NCBI GenBank assembly: GCA_039091335.1
Contig: JAWCME010000001.1
Coordinates: 10,024 to 74,023 of the forward strand
DNA length: 64,000 nt
Source of the DNA: Candidatus Aenigmatarchaeota archaeon
Lineage (GTDB): Archaea > Aenigmatarchaeota > Aenigmatarchaeia > CG10238-14 > SCSR01
Direction of reading: 5' to 3'
The notes below the pieces were generated by a model, which searched no databases, was not told the origin of the DNA, and saw only the letters and a program-made list of their open reading frames with translations. This document shows, piece by piece, positions 39,702 through 48,959 of this stretch. Each line of letters opens with the position of its first letter. Within the stretch, counting starts at the first letter, position 1. Position numbers and translations under genes: made by a program.

Positions 39702-39872
39702 TCACTTCGGTCTTCTTTTCGGTCTTAGGTCTGTTGATTTACACTTCCTGCATCTAACCTTTCCTTCTCTTACTTTTGCTGGGTCTGCTCTAATCTTGGC
39801 CTTGCATCTTCTACAAACAAAAACCCTGAAAAAAAGTCTTTGCATCGCCTCTGGCTGAAGCTTTTTTACCAT
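39702..39872 (-). CDS. rpl40e: 50S ribosomal protein L40e
   Basis: Below the ORF-track cutoff: MVKKLQPEAMQRLFFRVFVCRRCKAKIRA...CRKCKSTDLRPKRRPK*. Confidence 0.9.
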   Translation of the reverse strand: MVKKLQPEAMQRLFFRVFVCRRCKAKIRADPAKVREGKVRCRKCKSTDLRPKRRPK

Positions 39873-39971
39873 AAAATCACTTATCTATTTTTATTAAAAT
39901 TAATTTTTTAATTTAAGAATTATGGATTAAGTTTAAATATTAATAAAAACAATTTTTCATCTTGATTTGAA

Positions 39972-40550
39972 ATGATAAAAAAGGAGATTAGAATACTGGG
40001 TTTTGATGACGGTGCCTTTGCTCCTAGGGATGATGCAAATGTCCCTCTTATTGGAGTTATATTTAGGGGTGGGGAATTTTTAGATGGAGCACTTAAGACT
40101 GAAGTAAAAATAGATGGAAACGATGCTACTGAAAAAATAATAAATATTGTAAACTCTTCTCGCCACAAACAACAACTTAAAGTTATAATGTTTGATGGTG
40201 TTACTGTTGGAGGATTTAATGTGATCGACATAAAGGAGGTAAATGAGAAAACTGGGATACCAGTAATTGTAATTAATAGAAAGTTGCCGGACATAAACAA
40301 AGTTAGGAATGCACTTAAAAATTTTGATGATTTTGAAAGGAGATGGAATTCTATTTTAAATGCAGGAAAAATAAAGGAATGTAGGATAAAAAACAAAAAA
40401 GTTTATTATCAATTAATTGGGTTAGACGACAAAGACGCAAAAGAAATAATTAGATTGAGTTCTACTAGAAGCTTTATTCCAGAGCCATTAAGAATAGCTC
40501 ATATAATTGCGACCGCAATAGCAAAAGGTGAAAGTTCGGGGAGGGCATAA
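39972..40550 (+). CDS. DUF99/UPF0215 endonuclease V-like protein
   Basis: RILGFDDG, DGNDAT, DGVTVGGFNVID, PEPLRIAH. Confidence 0.9.
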   Translation: MIKKEIRILGFDDGAFAPRDDANVPLIGVIFRGGEFLDGALKTEVKIDGNDATEKIINIVNSSRHKQQLKVIMFDGVTVGGFNVIDIKEVNEKTGIPVIVINRKLPDINKVRNALKNFDDFERRWNSILNAGKIKECRIKNKKVYYQLIGLDDKDAKEIIRLSSTRSFIPEPLRIAHIIATAIAKGESSGRA

Positions 40551-40552
40551 AA

Positions 40553-41080
40553 ATGAATGTGTATATTAAAAAATTGCTATCTAGCTTTGTTGGTTATGTG
40601 TTTTATGCTATGCTTGGATTACTTATAGCAATACTCATCAATCAGGTTTTATGCTTTGCATTAACCACAGAGTTTCCAGTGGTTGCGGTTCTAACTTCAT
40701 CTATGCAGCATGACGAGCTTACCGAAGAAAATCATTATGGTTTTCTTGAAAAAAAGTTTGGATACAATAGAAGCTATATAAATTCTTGGCCCATAGCAAA
40801 CGGTTTTTATATTGGAGATATGCCAATAGTAATGGGAAGTAAAGAATACTATGTTGGGGATGTTGTGGTCTATTCCATACCAAACCAAAAAACTCCAATA
40901 ATTCATAGAATAATCAAGATTAATGAAGATGGCACATTTATGTTAAAAGGAGATCATAATCCATCCCCACTTCCATTTGAATTGAACATAAAAAAGGAAC
41001 AGATACATGGAAAAGTAATCTTTGTAGTTCCAAAATTGGGGTGGTTTAAGGTTTTGTTTTCATGGATAGTTGGTGGTTGA
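40553..41080 (+). CDS. sec11: signal peptidase I (SEC11 type)
   Basis: N-terminal TM, TSSM, GDVVVY, IIHRII, KGDHN, VPKLG. Confidence 0.88.
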   Translation: MNVYIKKLLSSFVGYVFYAMLGLLIAILINQVLCFALTTEFPVVAVLTSSMQHDELTEENHYGFLEKKFGYNRSYINSWPIANGFYIGDMPIVMGSKEYYVGDVVVYSIPNQKTPIIHRIIKINEDGTFMLKGDHNPSPLPFELNIKKEQIHGKVIFVVPKLGWFKVLFSWIVGG

Positions 41081-41410
41081 TTGAAATTTTGTGAAAAATG
41101 TGGAAATTTGTTGATAATAGAAAATAGAAGAGGAACTGTTTTTCTTGTATGTAGAAAATGCGGTTGGAAGACAAAGCAGAAAAGTGAAAAAATAACTATA
41201 ACTGAATTTTTAAAGGAGGGTGAAAAGAAGGTTGTAATTATGGGGAAGGACGAAGGCATAGCCGAATTACCAAAAACTAAGATAATGTGTCCAAAATGTG
41301 AAAATATGGAAGCATATTGGTGGATGCAACAAACAAGGGCTGCTGACGAGCCCCCCACTTTATTTTATAAATGTACTCGCTGTGGCTATTCTTGGAGAAG
41401 TTATGGATAA
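41081..41410 (+). CDS. tfs: transcription factor S
   Basis: FCEKCG..CRKCG; CPKC..QTRAADEPPT..CTRCG. Confidence 0.96.
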   Translation: MKFCEKCGNLLIIENRRGTVFLVCRKCGWKTKQKSEKITITEFLKEGEKKVVIMGKDEGIAELPKTKIMCPKCENMEAYWWMQQTRAADEPPTLFYKCTRCGYSWRSYG

Positions 41411-41439
41411 ATTTTTAAACCCAGACGAAGAATTAATTC

Positions 41440-41751
41440 TTGATGTTTAATAACTACAAACCAAAAAAAATTTGTGAAATAAGTCCAAACGACATAAAAG
41501 TATCGTTAATTGGAAGGATAGTTGAAGTTAGCGATAACGGTTTTGTTCTTGATGACGGAACTGGTAGAGCAGAAATATTTTCTGAACTCAATTTGGAAGA
41601 AAATAGGTTTGTTAGGGTTTTTTGCTCGATTATTGAAAATAAGTTAAATGCAGATATTATTCAAAGATTGGAAGGAAATTTAAATTTATTTAAGAAAGTA
41701 GAAGAATTATATAAAAGGTGGGAATCTAATGTTCAGGGCAACTTTGTCTGA
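41440..41751 (+). CDS. single OB-fold protein (RPA small-subunit-like)
   Basis: VSLIGRIV, LDDGTG, FVRVF; upstream of PCNA. Confidence 0.7.
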   Translation: MMFNNYKPKKICEISPNDIKVSLIGRIVEVSDNGFVLDDGTGRAEIFSELNLEENRFVRVFCSIIENKLNADIIQRLEGNLNLFKKVEELYKRWESNVQGNFV

Positions 41752-42478
41752 TACAACTCTATTTACAGATTCTATATCAACGATATCAGAACTTATAGAT
41801 GAGGGTGTTTTTAAAATCTCAAAGGATGGAATAAGTTTTATTGCAGCGGACAGAGCAATGGTGGCTGTTGTTGATTTTAAATTTTTGGCAACAGCGTTTG
41901 AGGAGTTTGAGGTAGACCAAGAATATATGATTGGGCTAAACATTCCAAATCTTCTTTCTGTTCTGAGAAGAGCTGGGGCAGGAGATAAAATAAGCTTAAA
42001 CTTGAAAGAAGGTAAACTAGAAATAATAATCGAAGGTAAATCAAAAAGAAGGTTTTTAATTCCTTTATTAGATATAACACAGGAGGAAATACCACAAATA
42101 GATCAACTTGAGTTTTCCTCTAAAGCTGAAGTTTCTTCTGAAATTATAAAAAATGGGATAGAAGACGCTGAGATAGTGTCTGACTGCGTTTTAATTGAGG
42201 GGTCTCCTTCGAAATTTGGTATGAAGGCCGAGGGAGATATAAGCTCTTCGCAACTAGAACTGGAGAAAGGAAGTAATGAATTAATTGAATTAAAATGCAG
42301 TACTGAAACAAAAGCAAGATATCCAATAGACTATTTGAAAAAAATGATAAAGGGTACAAAACTCGCTGATTCTGTTGTTATAGAGTGGGGAGAGGATTAT
42401 CCTATGAAAATGACTTTTAAAGTAATAGACAAGCTTGTTTTATCTATTGTCCTAGCACCAAGGGTTATAGAGGAGTAA
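41729..42478 (+). CDS. pcn: DNA polymerase sliding clamp PCNA
   Basis: ISELIDEG, DRAMVAVVD, YPIDYL, DYPMKM, LAPRVIEE. Confidence 0.96.
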   Translation: MFRATLSDTTLFTDSISTISELIDEGVFKISKDGISFIAADRAMVAVVDFKFLATAFEEFEVDQEYMIGLNIPNLLSVLRRAGAGDKISLNLKEGKLEIIIEGKSKRRFLIPLLDITQEEIPQIDQLEFSSKAEVSSEIIKNGIEDAEIVSDCVLIEGSPSKFGMKAEGDISSSQLELEKGSNELIELKCSTETKARYPIDYLKKMIKGTKLADSVVIEWGEDYPMKMTFKVIDKLVLSIVLAPRVIEE

Positions 42479-43253
42479 TTTTTTTAAACAAGCTTAAAAT
42501 ATTACTTAAAAAGGAAGTTCTAGACCCTATACCAGTAAGCTTAGACGCTATTTTCATAAAACTTATAGAAGCTTTTGAATAAGGTTTGTATAAAATTATT
42601 GGAATTCCTTGCGCTGCACTATCCATTAAATTTTCGTCAAAGGGAATTGTTCCAAGAACAGGAACTCCAAAAAAATCTTCTGCAACCTCTTTTCTAAGCT
42701 CAAATTTTTTATTTCTTACCATGTTTAAAATTATGTGAAATTTTTTTTGTCCGAGTTGTGACGCAAACTCAGCACATCTTGTCATATCATAAACATTTGG
42801 TATTGTTGGAGTAGTAACAAAAATTATTTCCTCAGAGGCTTTTAAAACAGAAATTGCGTCTTTGCCCAACCCGGGGGCAGAATCAAGAAGAATGAAATCG
42901 TATTCTTCAATCTGAGATAGTCTTTCTATATATTTTTTCAACCCATTAATCTCAACCTTTATCACATCTTTTAACTCTTTTGAGCATGGAATAAACATTA
43001 CTCCATTTTGATATATTGGAGCAAACCTTATGTCAACTTCATTTCTTAAAACGTCGTTTAATGTTATAGAATAGTTTTTAACTCCAAGATAGTATGCAAG
43101 ATGGGGTGAAGTTATATTGCAGTCAATGATAATAACTTTTTTATTTAATTTTGACAGTGCTATGCCTAAGTTTGACGCCACCGTTGTTTTACCAACACCA
43201 CCCTTTCCTGAAACAATCCCAATAATTCTTGTCAATTTCCCACTGTTTGTCAA
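42465..43253 (-). CDS. minD: MinD/ParA-family ATPase
   Basis: SGKGGVGKTT, DFILLDSAPGLG, IPFDE. Confidence 0.88.
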   Translation of the reverse strand: MTNSGKLTRIIGIVSGKGGVGKTTVASNLGIALSKLNKKVIIIDCNITSPHLAYYLGVKNYSITLNDVLRNEVDIRFAPIYQNGVMFIPCSKELKDVIKVEINGLKKYIERLSQIEEYDFILLDSAPGLGKDAISVLKASEEIIFVTTPTIPNVYDMTRCAEFASQLGQKKFHIILNMVRNKKFELRKEVAEDFFGVPVLGTIPFDENLMDSAAQGIPIILYKPYSKASISFMKIASKLTGIGSRTSFLSNILSLFKKITPL

Positions 43254-43478
43254 TTAACTAACTATAGTTAAAATAGATAAAAATTAAAATTTAAGTTTTA
43301 TTTAATTCTTTTTTGAGCTAACTTATACCACTTCGTTTTTCAGACAAGAGAAACTACAGAATAATAACAGGACTCGTTGGTGATAACAGATCCTTTTAAC
43401 TTGTTTTTAAAGGATGAAAGTATATATTCTGGATACTGAGTGTACAATAGCAGCTATTACCTACAGGTTCTTTTTCAC

Positions 43479-43880
43479 CTATTTATATCTTTGTTTTAGA
43501 ATGAAAATATACTTCATAGGCATAAAGGCCTCTAAGTCGCTTTGATAGGAACATTTTGTGCACTTATATCCAATAATTATATCCTTCTTCATCAAATTCT
43601 TAACCTTTATCTCTTCTATGGAAGAATCACAAATTGGGCATTTTTCTATTTTTTGTAACTTTATTGTTTTTTTTGTTTTTGCCTTAACTTCAACTTCCGG
43701 TAAAAGTAAAGCGATTCTCTTTACCCTAATTGGAGAAAGTATGTATTCCTTGTTTTCTTTCTTAAGCCTTCTTAAAACGAGATTACACAGCTCTTCCTGC
43801 GTATCAACTCTTATTCTACTTCTAATAACGTTTTTTATTTCTTCAGCAACCCTACTAGCTGGCGGAATTTTACTTTCCAT
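43479..43880 (-). CDS. hypothetical protein with C-terminal Zn ribbon
   Basis: CPIC...GYKCTKC, PMKYIF. Confidence 0.75.
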   Translation of the reverse strand: MESKIPPASRVAEEIKNVIRSRIRVDTQEELCNLVLRRLKKENKEYILSPIRVKRIALLLPEVEVKAKTKKTIKLQKIEKCPICDSSIEEIKVKNLMKKDIIIGYKCTKCSYQSDLEAFMPMKYIFILKQRYK

Positions 43881-44018
43881 CTCAATAAGAATTTATAAAA
43901 GTAGGATTTAAGTTTAACATAACAGTTATATTTTACAATTACATATACTTTAAAAAATGAAGAAAGGATGTTAATAGAAATTAAATTTTATAACTTTCAA
44001 AATAATACTATCTTACAT

Positions 44019-44130
44019 GCCGAGGTGGCAGAATCAGGTAATGCGCAGCCCTGGAGTTTTTAGAAAGGCTGTGTCCCTCTGGGACGTCTGGGTTCAAATC
44101 CCAGCCTATGGTAATACCAGCTGAACGGCG
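44019..44130 (+). tRNA. trnS: tRNA-Ser(GGA) with introns at 37/38 (44057-44065) and 68/69 (44108-44125)
   Basis: GCCGAGG 5' strand, anticodon stem CAGCC/GGCTG, long variable arm GTCCC/GGGAC, T-arm CTGGG TTCAAAT CCCAG, 3' strand CCT[18 nt]CGGC + G73. Confidence 0.92.
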
Positions 44131-44265
44131 CCTTTGAACCCGGAGTCTCGTGTTTCTTTGATAGATAGGTTTAAATAGTCATGAAAGAATTTAAAAAATA
44201 GGAGGTCTGATAGAAAAATCTATTTCTGAACTTGAATTATTTAATAGGTAAAAGGAGGTTGTAGA

Positions 44266-44532
44266 ATGCCAAGGTTTGAAAGAAGGGGATTTAAAAAATT
44301 TGGAAGAATTGATATACCGAAACCGATAAAAGAGGGGGAAGAATATGATGTTGAAATAAATGAGGTCGGTTCTAGGGGTGATGGAATAGCAAGAATTAAA
44401 AATTTTGTTGTTTTTGTCCCAAATACAAAGAGGGGTGATAAAACACATATAAAAATAAAAGAAGTTAAAAATAGATTTGCGATAGGTGAAAAGATAGAGC
44501 TTAGAGAGGAAACAGTGTCCCCTAAAGAATAG
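44266..44532 (+). CDS. single TRAM-domain RNA-binding protein
   Basis: PIKEGEEYDVEI, GSRGDGIARIKNFVVFVP; GGAGGT SD. Confidence 0.92.
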   Translation: MPRFERRGFKKFGRIDIPKPIKEGEEYDVEINEVGSRGDGIARIKNFVVFVPNTKRGDKTHIKIKEVKNRFAIGEKIELREETVSPKE

Positions 44533-44597
44533 GGTACTTGAATCCCATTTTTAAATTTTTTAGTTATGTGTTTTAAATGAAAAGCTAATAATTAATT

Positions 44598-45422
44598 ATG
44601 TTTGTAACAAAGTTTGATGGAAGAAAAGAAATTTTTCAAAAAGAAAAGATTATAAGAACTTGCTTAAGAATGCGTGCAACAAGAGAGCAAGCCGAGTATG
44701 TTGCAGAAAAAATAGAAACTAAAGCTTATGATGGAATTCCAACAAAAAAAATTCTTGAGTTGATTTTTTTCTATCTTAAAAAATTTAGACCAGAAATATC
44801 GTATCATATTGACTTAAGAAAATCAATCTCCCTTCTAAGACCAAAACCAGATTTTGAAATATTTGTTCAACTATTACTTAAAGCACTTGGCTATGAAGTA
44901 ATTCCAAATCAGATTGTAAGAGGGATATGTGTAGAACATGAAATAGACGCAATTGCCAAAATGGGGAAAGAAACTATTTTTGTTGAGGTAAAACACCATT
45001 TGAATCCGCATACCTATACCGGGGTTGACGTTTGCCTAGAAACTTTTGCTAGAATGGAAGATTTAAGAGAAGGGTATTTGAAGGGAATAAACAAAATTAA
45101 ATTTGATTATGCCCTTATCGTATGTAATACAAAATTTTCTGAATATGCAAAAAATTATTCTTTGTGCAAAAACATAAAACTTTTAGGCTGGAACTTTCCC
45201 GAAGGCCGGGGACTAGAACAAATAATCATTGAAAAAAAACTTTATCCAATAACCTTTTTAAAGGAGTTGGACCCTGACACAGAGAAAAAAATTGCTGATA
45301 GCGGAATAGTTTTGTTAAAACAAATGGCCGAGATTGGCTTGAATGAACTATACAAAAGAACTGGGGTATCAAAGAGCAAAATAAATAGATTTAGGGAAAA
45401 GGCCATTCAAATATTAGACTAA
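44598..45422 (+). CDS. ATP-cone plus Mrr-like restriction endonuclease domain protein
   Basis: VTKFDGRKEIF, FEIFV, HEIDAIA, VEVKHH, CNTKFS. Confidence 0.85.
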   Translation: MFVTKFDGRKEIFQKEKIIRTCLRMRATREQAEYVAEKIETKAYDGIPTKKILELIFFYLKKFRPEISYHIDLRKSISLLRPKPDFEIFVQLLLKALGYEVIPNQIVRGICVEHEIDAIAKMGKETIFVEVKHHLNPHTYTGVDVCLETFARMEDLREGYLKGINKIKFDYALIVCNTKFSEYAKNYSLCKNIKLLGWNFPEGRGLEQIIIEKKLYPITFLKELDPDTEKKIADSGIVLLKQMAEIGLNELYKRTGVSKSKINRFREKAIQILD

Positions 45423-46172
45423 GTTTATCATCTTACTAAACTCTTTTGCATTTTCAAGCATAAAGATATTATTAAAAAAGAGAAATGCCTTTTCAACACT
45501 TTTTAAATTTTTAATTCTTTTTTTTAACTCCACTAACTCTTTTTTATTATATTTATAATTGTAGTTAATTCCCCCCTTTTCGTAACTTCCGTGCAACCTA
45601 AAATATGCTATTTTTTTCTTTGAAAAATAAAGCGGGTCTTCTTTTAAGGGGTCTACACAAGAAATCAGATCAAATTTTTTACATAAATTTTTAAATTCTT
45701 CCTTGCTCCATCCCCTTAACTCTAGTGCAATAGAAATTTCGTCTTTTTCAATTTCTGAAAAAAATTTCTCTGCATTTTTTAAGTTTTCTTCATTTTCTTT
45801 AAAGCTTGCAGGCAATTGGATCAGACAAACTGGAGAATTTAAAATTTTACAAATTTCTAAAGTTTGATTCCAAAAACAAAAAACCTCTTTTGTTGGCATT
45901 AAAAACCCGACTTTATCTTTAATTCTTTCTAAATCCTTTATTCCACTTCTTCTCCACGTTGGACTTGAGACAGGATGTGTTATTCCTTGAAAACACTTTA
46001 AACAAAAAATAAAATCTTTGGGCGCCATTTTTCTCCATTTTTGAGCTGTTTTTAATTGGGGAAGTTTATAAAACGTTGATTGAACCTCAACAACACGAAA
46101 CTCTTGAAAATATTTTTTAATTCCACCTGGAAAACCACAACAACCTACTTTTATTTGCATCTTATTTTTCAC
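45414..46172 (-). CDS. DUF72 protein (second paralog)
   Basis: VGCCGF, VEVQSTFY, IQLPASF, YFRLHG, FFNN. Confidence 0.9.
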   Translation of the reverse strand: MKNKMQIKVGCCGFPGGIKKYFQEFRVVEVQSTFYKLPQLKTAQKWRKMAPKDFIFCLKCFQGITHPVSSPTWRRSGIKDLERIKDKVGFLMPTKEVFCFWNQTLEICKILNSPVCLIQLPASFKENEENLKNAEKFFSEIEKDEISIALELRGWSKEEFKNLCKKFDLISCVDPLKEDPLYFSKKKIAYFRLHGSYEKGGINYNYKYNKKELVELKKRIKNLKSVEKAFLFFNNIFMLENAKEFSKMINLV

Positions 46173-46262
46173 CTAAAGATGATGTCCTCTACTCTTGCCT
46201 TATAATTTTATAAGAGAATCACAAAAAATAAACCTTAAAAAATACATATAATATGCGATTTC

Positions 46263-48959
46263 ATGATAAGTTACGTTAATGTAAAAAAATTCAAACCAGA
46301 TGAGAAAGTCTTATCACTACTTAGACCTTATGTTAAAGAATGGTTTAAAAGAAACTTTAAAGAATTGCTACTACACCAAAAATTTTCCGTAGAATTAATT
46401 AAAAGAGGGGAAAATATATTAGTTACCGCACCTACTGGAAGTGGAAAAACTTTGGCAGCCTTTCTATCGATACTTGATGAGCTTTTTTATCTTGGGGAAA
46501 AAGGAAAACTAGAGGATATGGTGTATTGTGTATATATTAGCCCTCTTAAGGCATTAATAAATGACGTAAATCGCAATTTACTTATACCATTACAAGAAAT
46601 AAGAGAAATTGCAAAAGAAGAAGGAATAGAATTACCTGAAGTAAGGGCTGCAGTTAGAACTGGTGATGTTCCTGCGCACGAAAAACAAAAACAACTAAAA
46701 TTACCTCCGCACATAATTTGCACTACCCCAGAAACAATTTCAATTGTTCTTAGTAGCATAAAATTTAGAGAAAAATTCAGAGATGTAAAATGGGTTGTTG
46801 TTGATGAAATCCATGAAATAGCAAATTCAAAAAGAGGTGTTCATTTATCCCTAAGTCTTGAAAGATTGCAGTATTTTGTGGGAAAAAACATAGTGAGGAT
46901 TGGATTAGGAGCAACATTAGAACCATTAAAAGAAATTGCAAGATTTTTAGTCGGATACGATAACGGAAAAGAAAGGAAGTGCAAAATTGTAGATGCGAGG
47001 TTCGTTAAACCTTTGGACATACGAGTGCTTTCCCCTGTCAAGAACATCCTATATACTCCAGCAGAAGTAACTACAAACGCCATGTATAAGCTTCTTAATA
47101 ATTTGATAAAACAACATAGAACAACACTTGTTTTTACTAACACAAGAAGTGGGACAGAAAGGGTTGTTCATCATTTAAAACAAATGTTTCCAGAGACTTA
47201 TACCGAAGATGACATTGGGGCGCATCATTCATCAGTATCAAGAGAAATAAGATTGGATCTAGAAAATAAGTTGAAACAGGGACTATTGAAAACCATAATT
47301 TCTAGCACAAGTCTTGAGCTAGGAATTGACATTGGATATATTGATTTGGTTATCCAACTTGGGTCTCCCAAAAGTATTTCTCGTTGCGTTCAAAGAATTG
47401 GGCGTGCTGGGCACAAATTGCATGAAACCTCAAAAGGAAGAATAGTTTGCATGGATAGAGACGATTTAGTTGAGACTACGGTAATGGTAAAAAAAGCTTA
47501 TGAATATTTCTTAGATAAAATCCAAATACCACAAAACTGTCTTGATGTTTTAGCTCAACATATAATGGGAATGAGCTTGGAACAAAAATGGAATGTGAAA
47601 GATGCATTTAATTTAATAAAAAATTCTTATTGTTATCGCAATTTAGACTTTAATTCTTTTCTTTCTGTTTTAGAATTTTTATCTGGAAGCTATCATAGTT
47701 TGGAAGAACAAAAAGTATATGGTAAGATTTGGTTTGACCAGAAAAACATGATGTTTGGAAGAAGAGGAAAATATGCAAGGGTAATTTATTCTTTAAATAT
47801 CGGAACAATCCCAGATGAAGTAAAAATAAAGGTTAGAACTTTAGACGGAAAATACATTGGGTCTATAGAAGAAGGGTTCTTACAAAGGCTTTTGCCTGGA
47901 GATGTTTTTGTTTTGGCTGGAAAAACTTATGAATTCAAAAAAGCAAGACAAGCTACTGCCCTTGTGGTCCCAGTAAAAGAAAAAAGACCAACAGTGCCTG
48001 CATGGTTTTCTGAAATGCTTCCTTTGAGCTTTGAGCTAGCATTAAAAATTCAAGAGTTTAGAGGAAAAATGTTTGAATTAGTAAAAAATAAGAGAAAGAA
48101 AGAAGTAATAGAATGGCTTTTAAACAATTATTATCTTGATAGGTGGAGTGCAAACTCGATTTATGAATATTTTCTATGGGAATATAGGTTTTTGAAATGT
48201 TTGGGAGCAAAAAGAGTTCCCGATGAAAAAACAATTCTGGTAGAAAATTACATAGATGAAAAAGGAAACCAAAACATAATATTCCATACTTTATTTGGAA
48301 GAAGAATAAACGATACAATATCAAGGGCTCTTGGTTATTTAATTACAAAAAAACTGAAAAAATCTGTTGGTTTAACAATTAGCGACAATGGATTTGTTAT
48401 ATCAATTCCATCTGAAAGTTTTGGTTCAGGGTGGCTTGATATTTTAACCCTTAAATCAAGGACGAAAAAAATGGGATTTAATAGAATTGAACCAAAAAAA
48501 ATTGTTAAACTTTTAAAAAGTTACGAGCTGGAAAAAATTTTAAGAAAGGCCTTAAGACAGACTGAACTAATCAAAAGAAGGTTTAGACATTGTGCTACTC
48601 GAAGCCTAATGATTCTAAGAAATTATAAGGGGTATGAGATAAGAGTTGCAAGACAGCAGTTCAATGCTGATAGACTACTAAGGGTTTGTGAAAAATTTGA
48701 AAAATTTCCTGTTGTCGAAGAAACCTATCGAGAGGTAATGCAAGATTTTATGGATTTAGAGCATGCCAAAAAGATTTTAAAGAAAATAGAAATGGGGAAA
48801 ATAAAGTATGAATTTTTGCCTGAGAGCAATGCTCCTTCTCCTTTCGCACATTCGCTAATAGTATTAGGAGAGTCTGATGTAGTTCTTATGGAAGATAGAA
48901 AAAGACTATTACTTGAACTGCACAAAAAAGTTATGGAAAGGGTGGGTGAAACTGATTAA
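46263..48959 (+). CDS. lhr: Lhr-family SF2 helicase
   Basis: APTGSGKT, SPLKAL, DEIH, HHSS, SLELGIDIG, QRIGRAGH, IGTIPD, PAWFSE. Confidence 0.95.
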   Translation: MISYVNVKKFKPDEKVLSLLRPYVKEWFKRNFKELLLHQKFSVELIKRGENILVTAPTGSGKTLAAFLSILDELFYLGEKGKLEDMVYCVYISPLKALINDVNRNLLIPLQEIREIAKEEGIELPEVRAAVRTGDVPAHEKQKQLKLPPHIICTTPETISIVLSSIKFREKFRDVKWVVVDEIHEIANSKRGVHLSLSLERLQYFVGKNIVRIGLGATLEPLKEIARFLVGYDNGKERKCKIVDARFVKPLDIRVLSPVKNILYTPAEVTTNAMYKLLNNLIKQHRTTLVFTNTRSGTERVVHHLKQMFPETYTEDDIGAHHSSVSREIRLDLENKLKQGLLKTIISSTSLELGIDIGYIDLVIQLGSPKSISRCVQRIGRAGHKLHETSKGRIVCMDRDDLVETTVMVKKAYEYFLDKIQIPQNCLDVLAQHIMGMSLEQKWNVKDAFNLIKNSYCYRNLDFNSFLSVLEFLSGSYHSLEEQKVYGKIWFDQKNMMFGRRGKYARVIYSLNIGTIPDEVKIKVRTLDGKYIGSIEEGFLQRLLPGDVFVLAGKTYEFKKARQATALVVPVKEKRPTVPAWFSEMLPLSFELALKIQEFRGKMFELVKNKRKKEVIEWLLNNYYLDRWSANSIYEYFLWEYRFLKCLGAKRVPDEKTILVENYIDEKGNQNIIFHTLFGRRINDTISRALGYLITKKLKKSVGLTISDNGFVISIPSESFGSGWLDILTLKSRTKKMGFNRIEPKKIVKLLKSYELEKILRKALRQTELIKRRFRHCATRSLMILRNYKGYEIRVARQQFNADRLLRVCEKFEKFPVVEETYREVMQDFMDLEHAKKILKKIEMGKIKYEFLPESNAPSPFAHSLIVLGESDVVLMEDRKRLLLELHKKVMERVGETD

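Noticed and set aside
43378..43440. Possible C/D-box sRNA (TGATAA..GGATGA..CTGA) or PIN-like remnant MKVYILDT
   Set aside because: Boxes are degenerate and guide targets cannot be tested here; the ORF runs into the convergent gene
44131..44152. T-arm-like fragment on the minus strand (GAGACTCCGGGTTCAAA) next to tRNA-Ser
   Set aside because: No closing T-stem, acceptor strand or complementary leader; too short to call a split tRNA or att site
48405..48500. Insertion-like segment in Lhr with inverted repeat TTTTGGTTCA/TGAACCAAAA
   Set aside because: The ORF is open, the only frame-preserving BHB has no outer helix, and excision restores no recognisable motif
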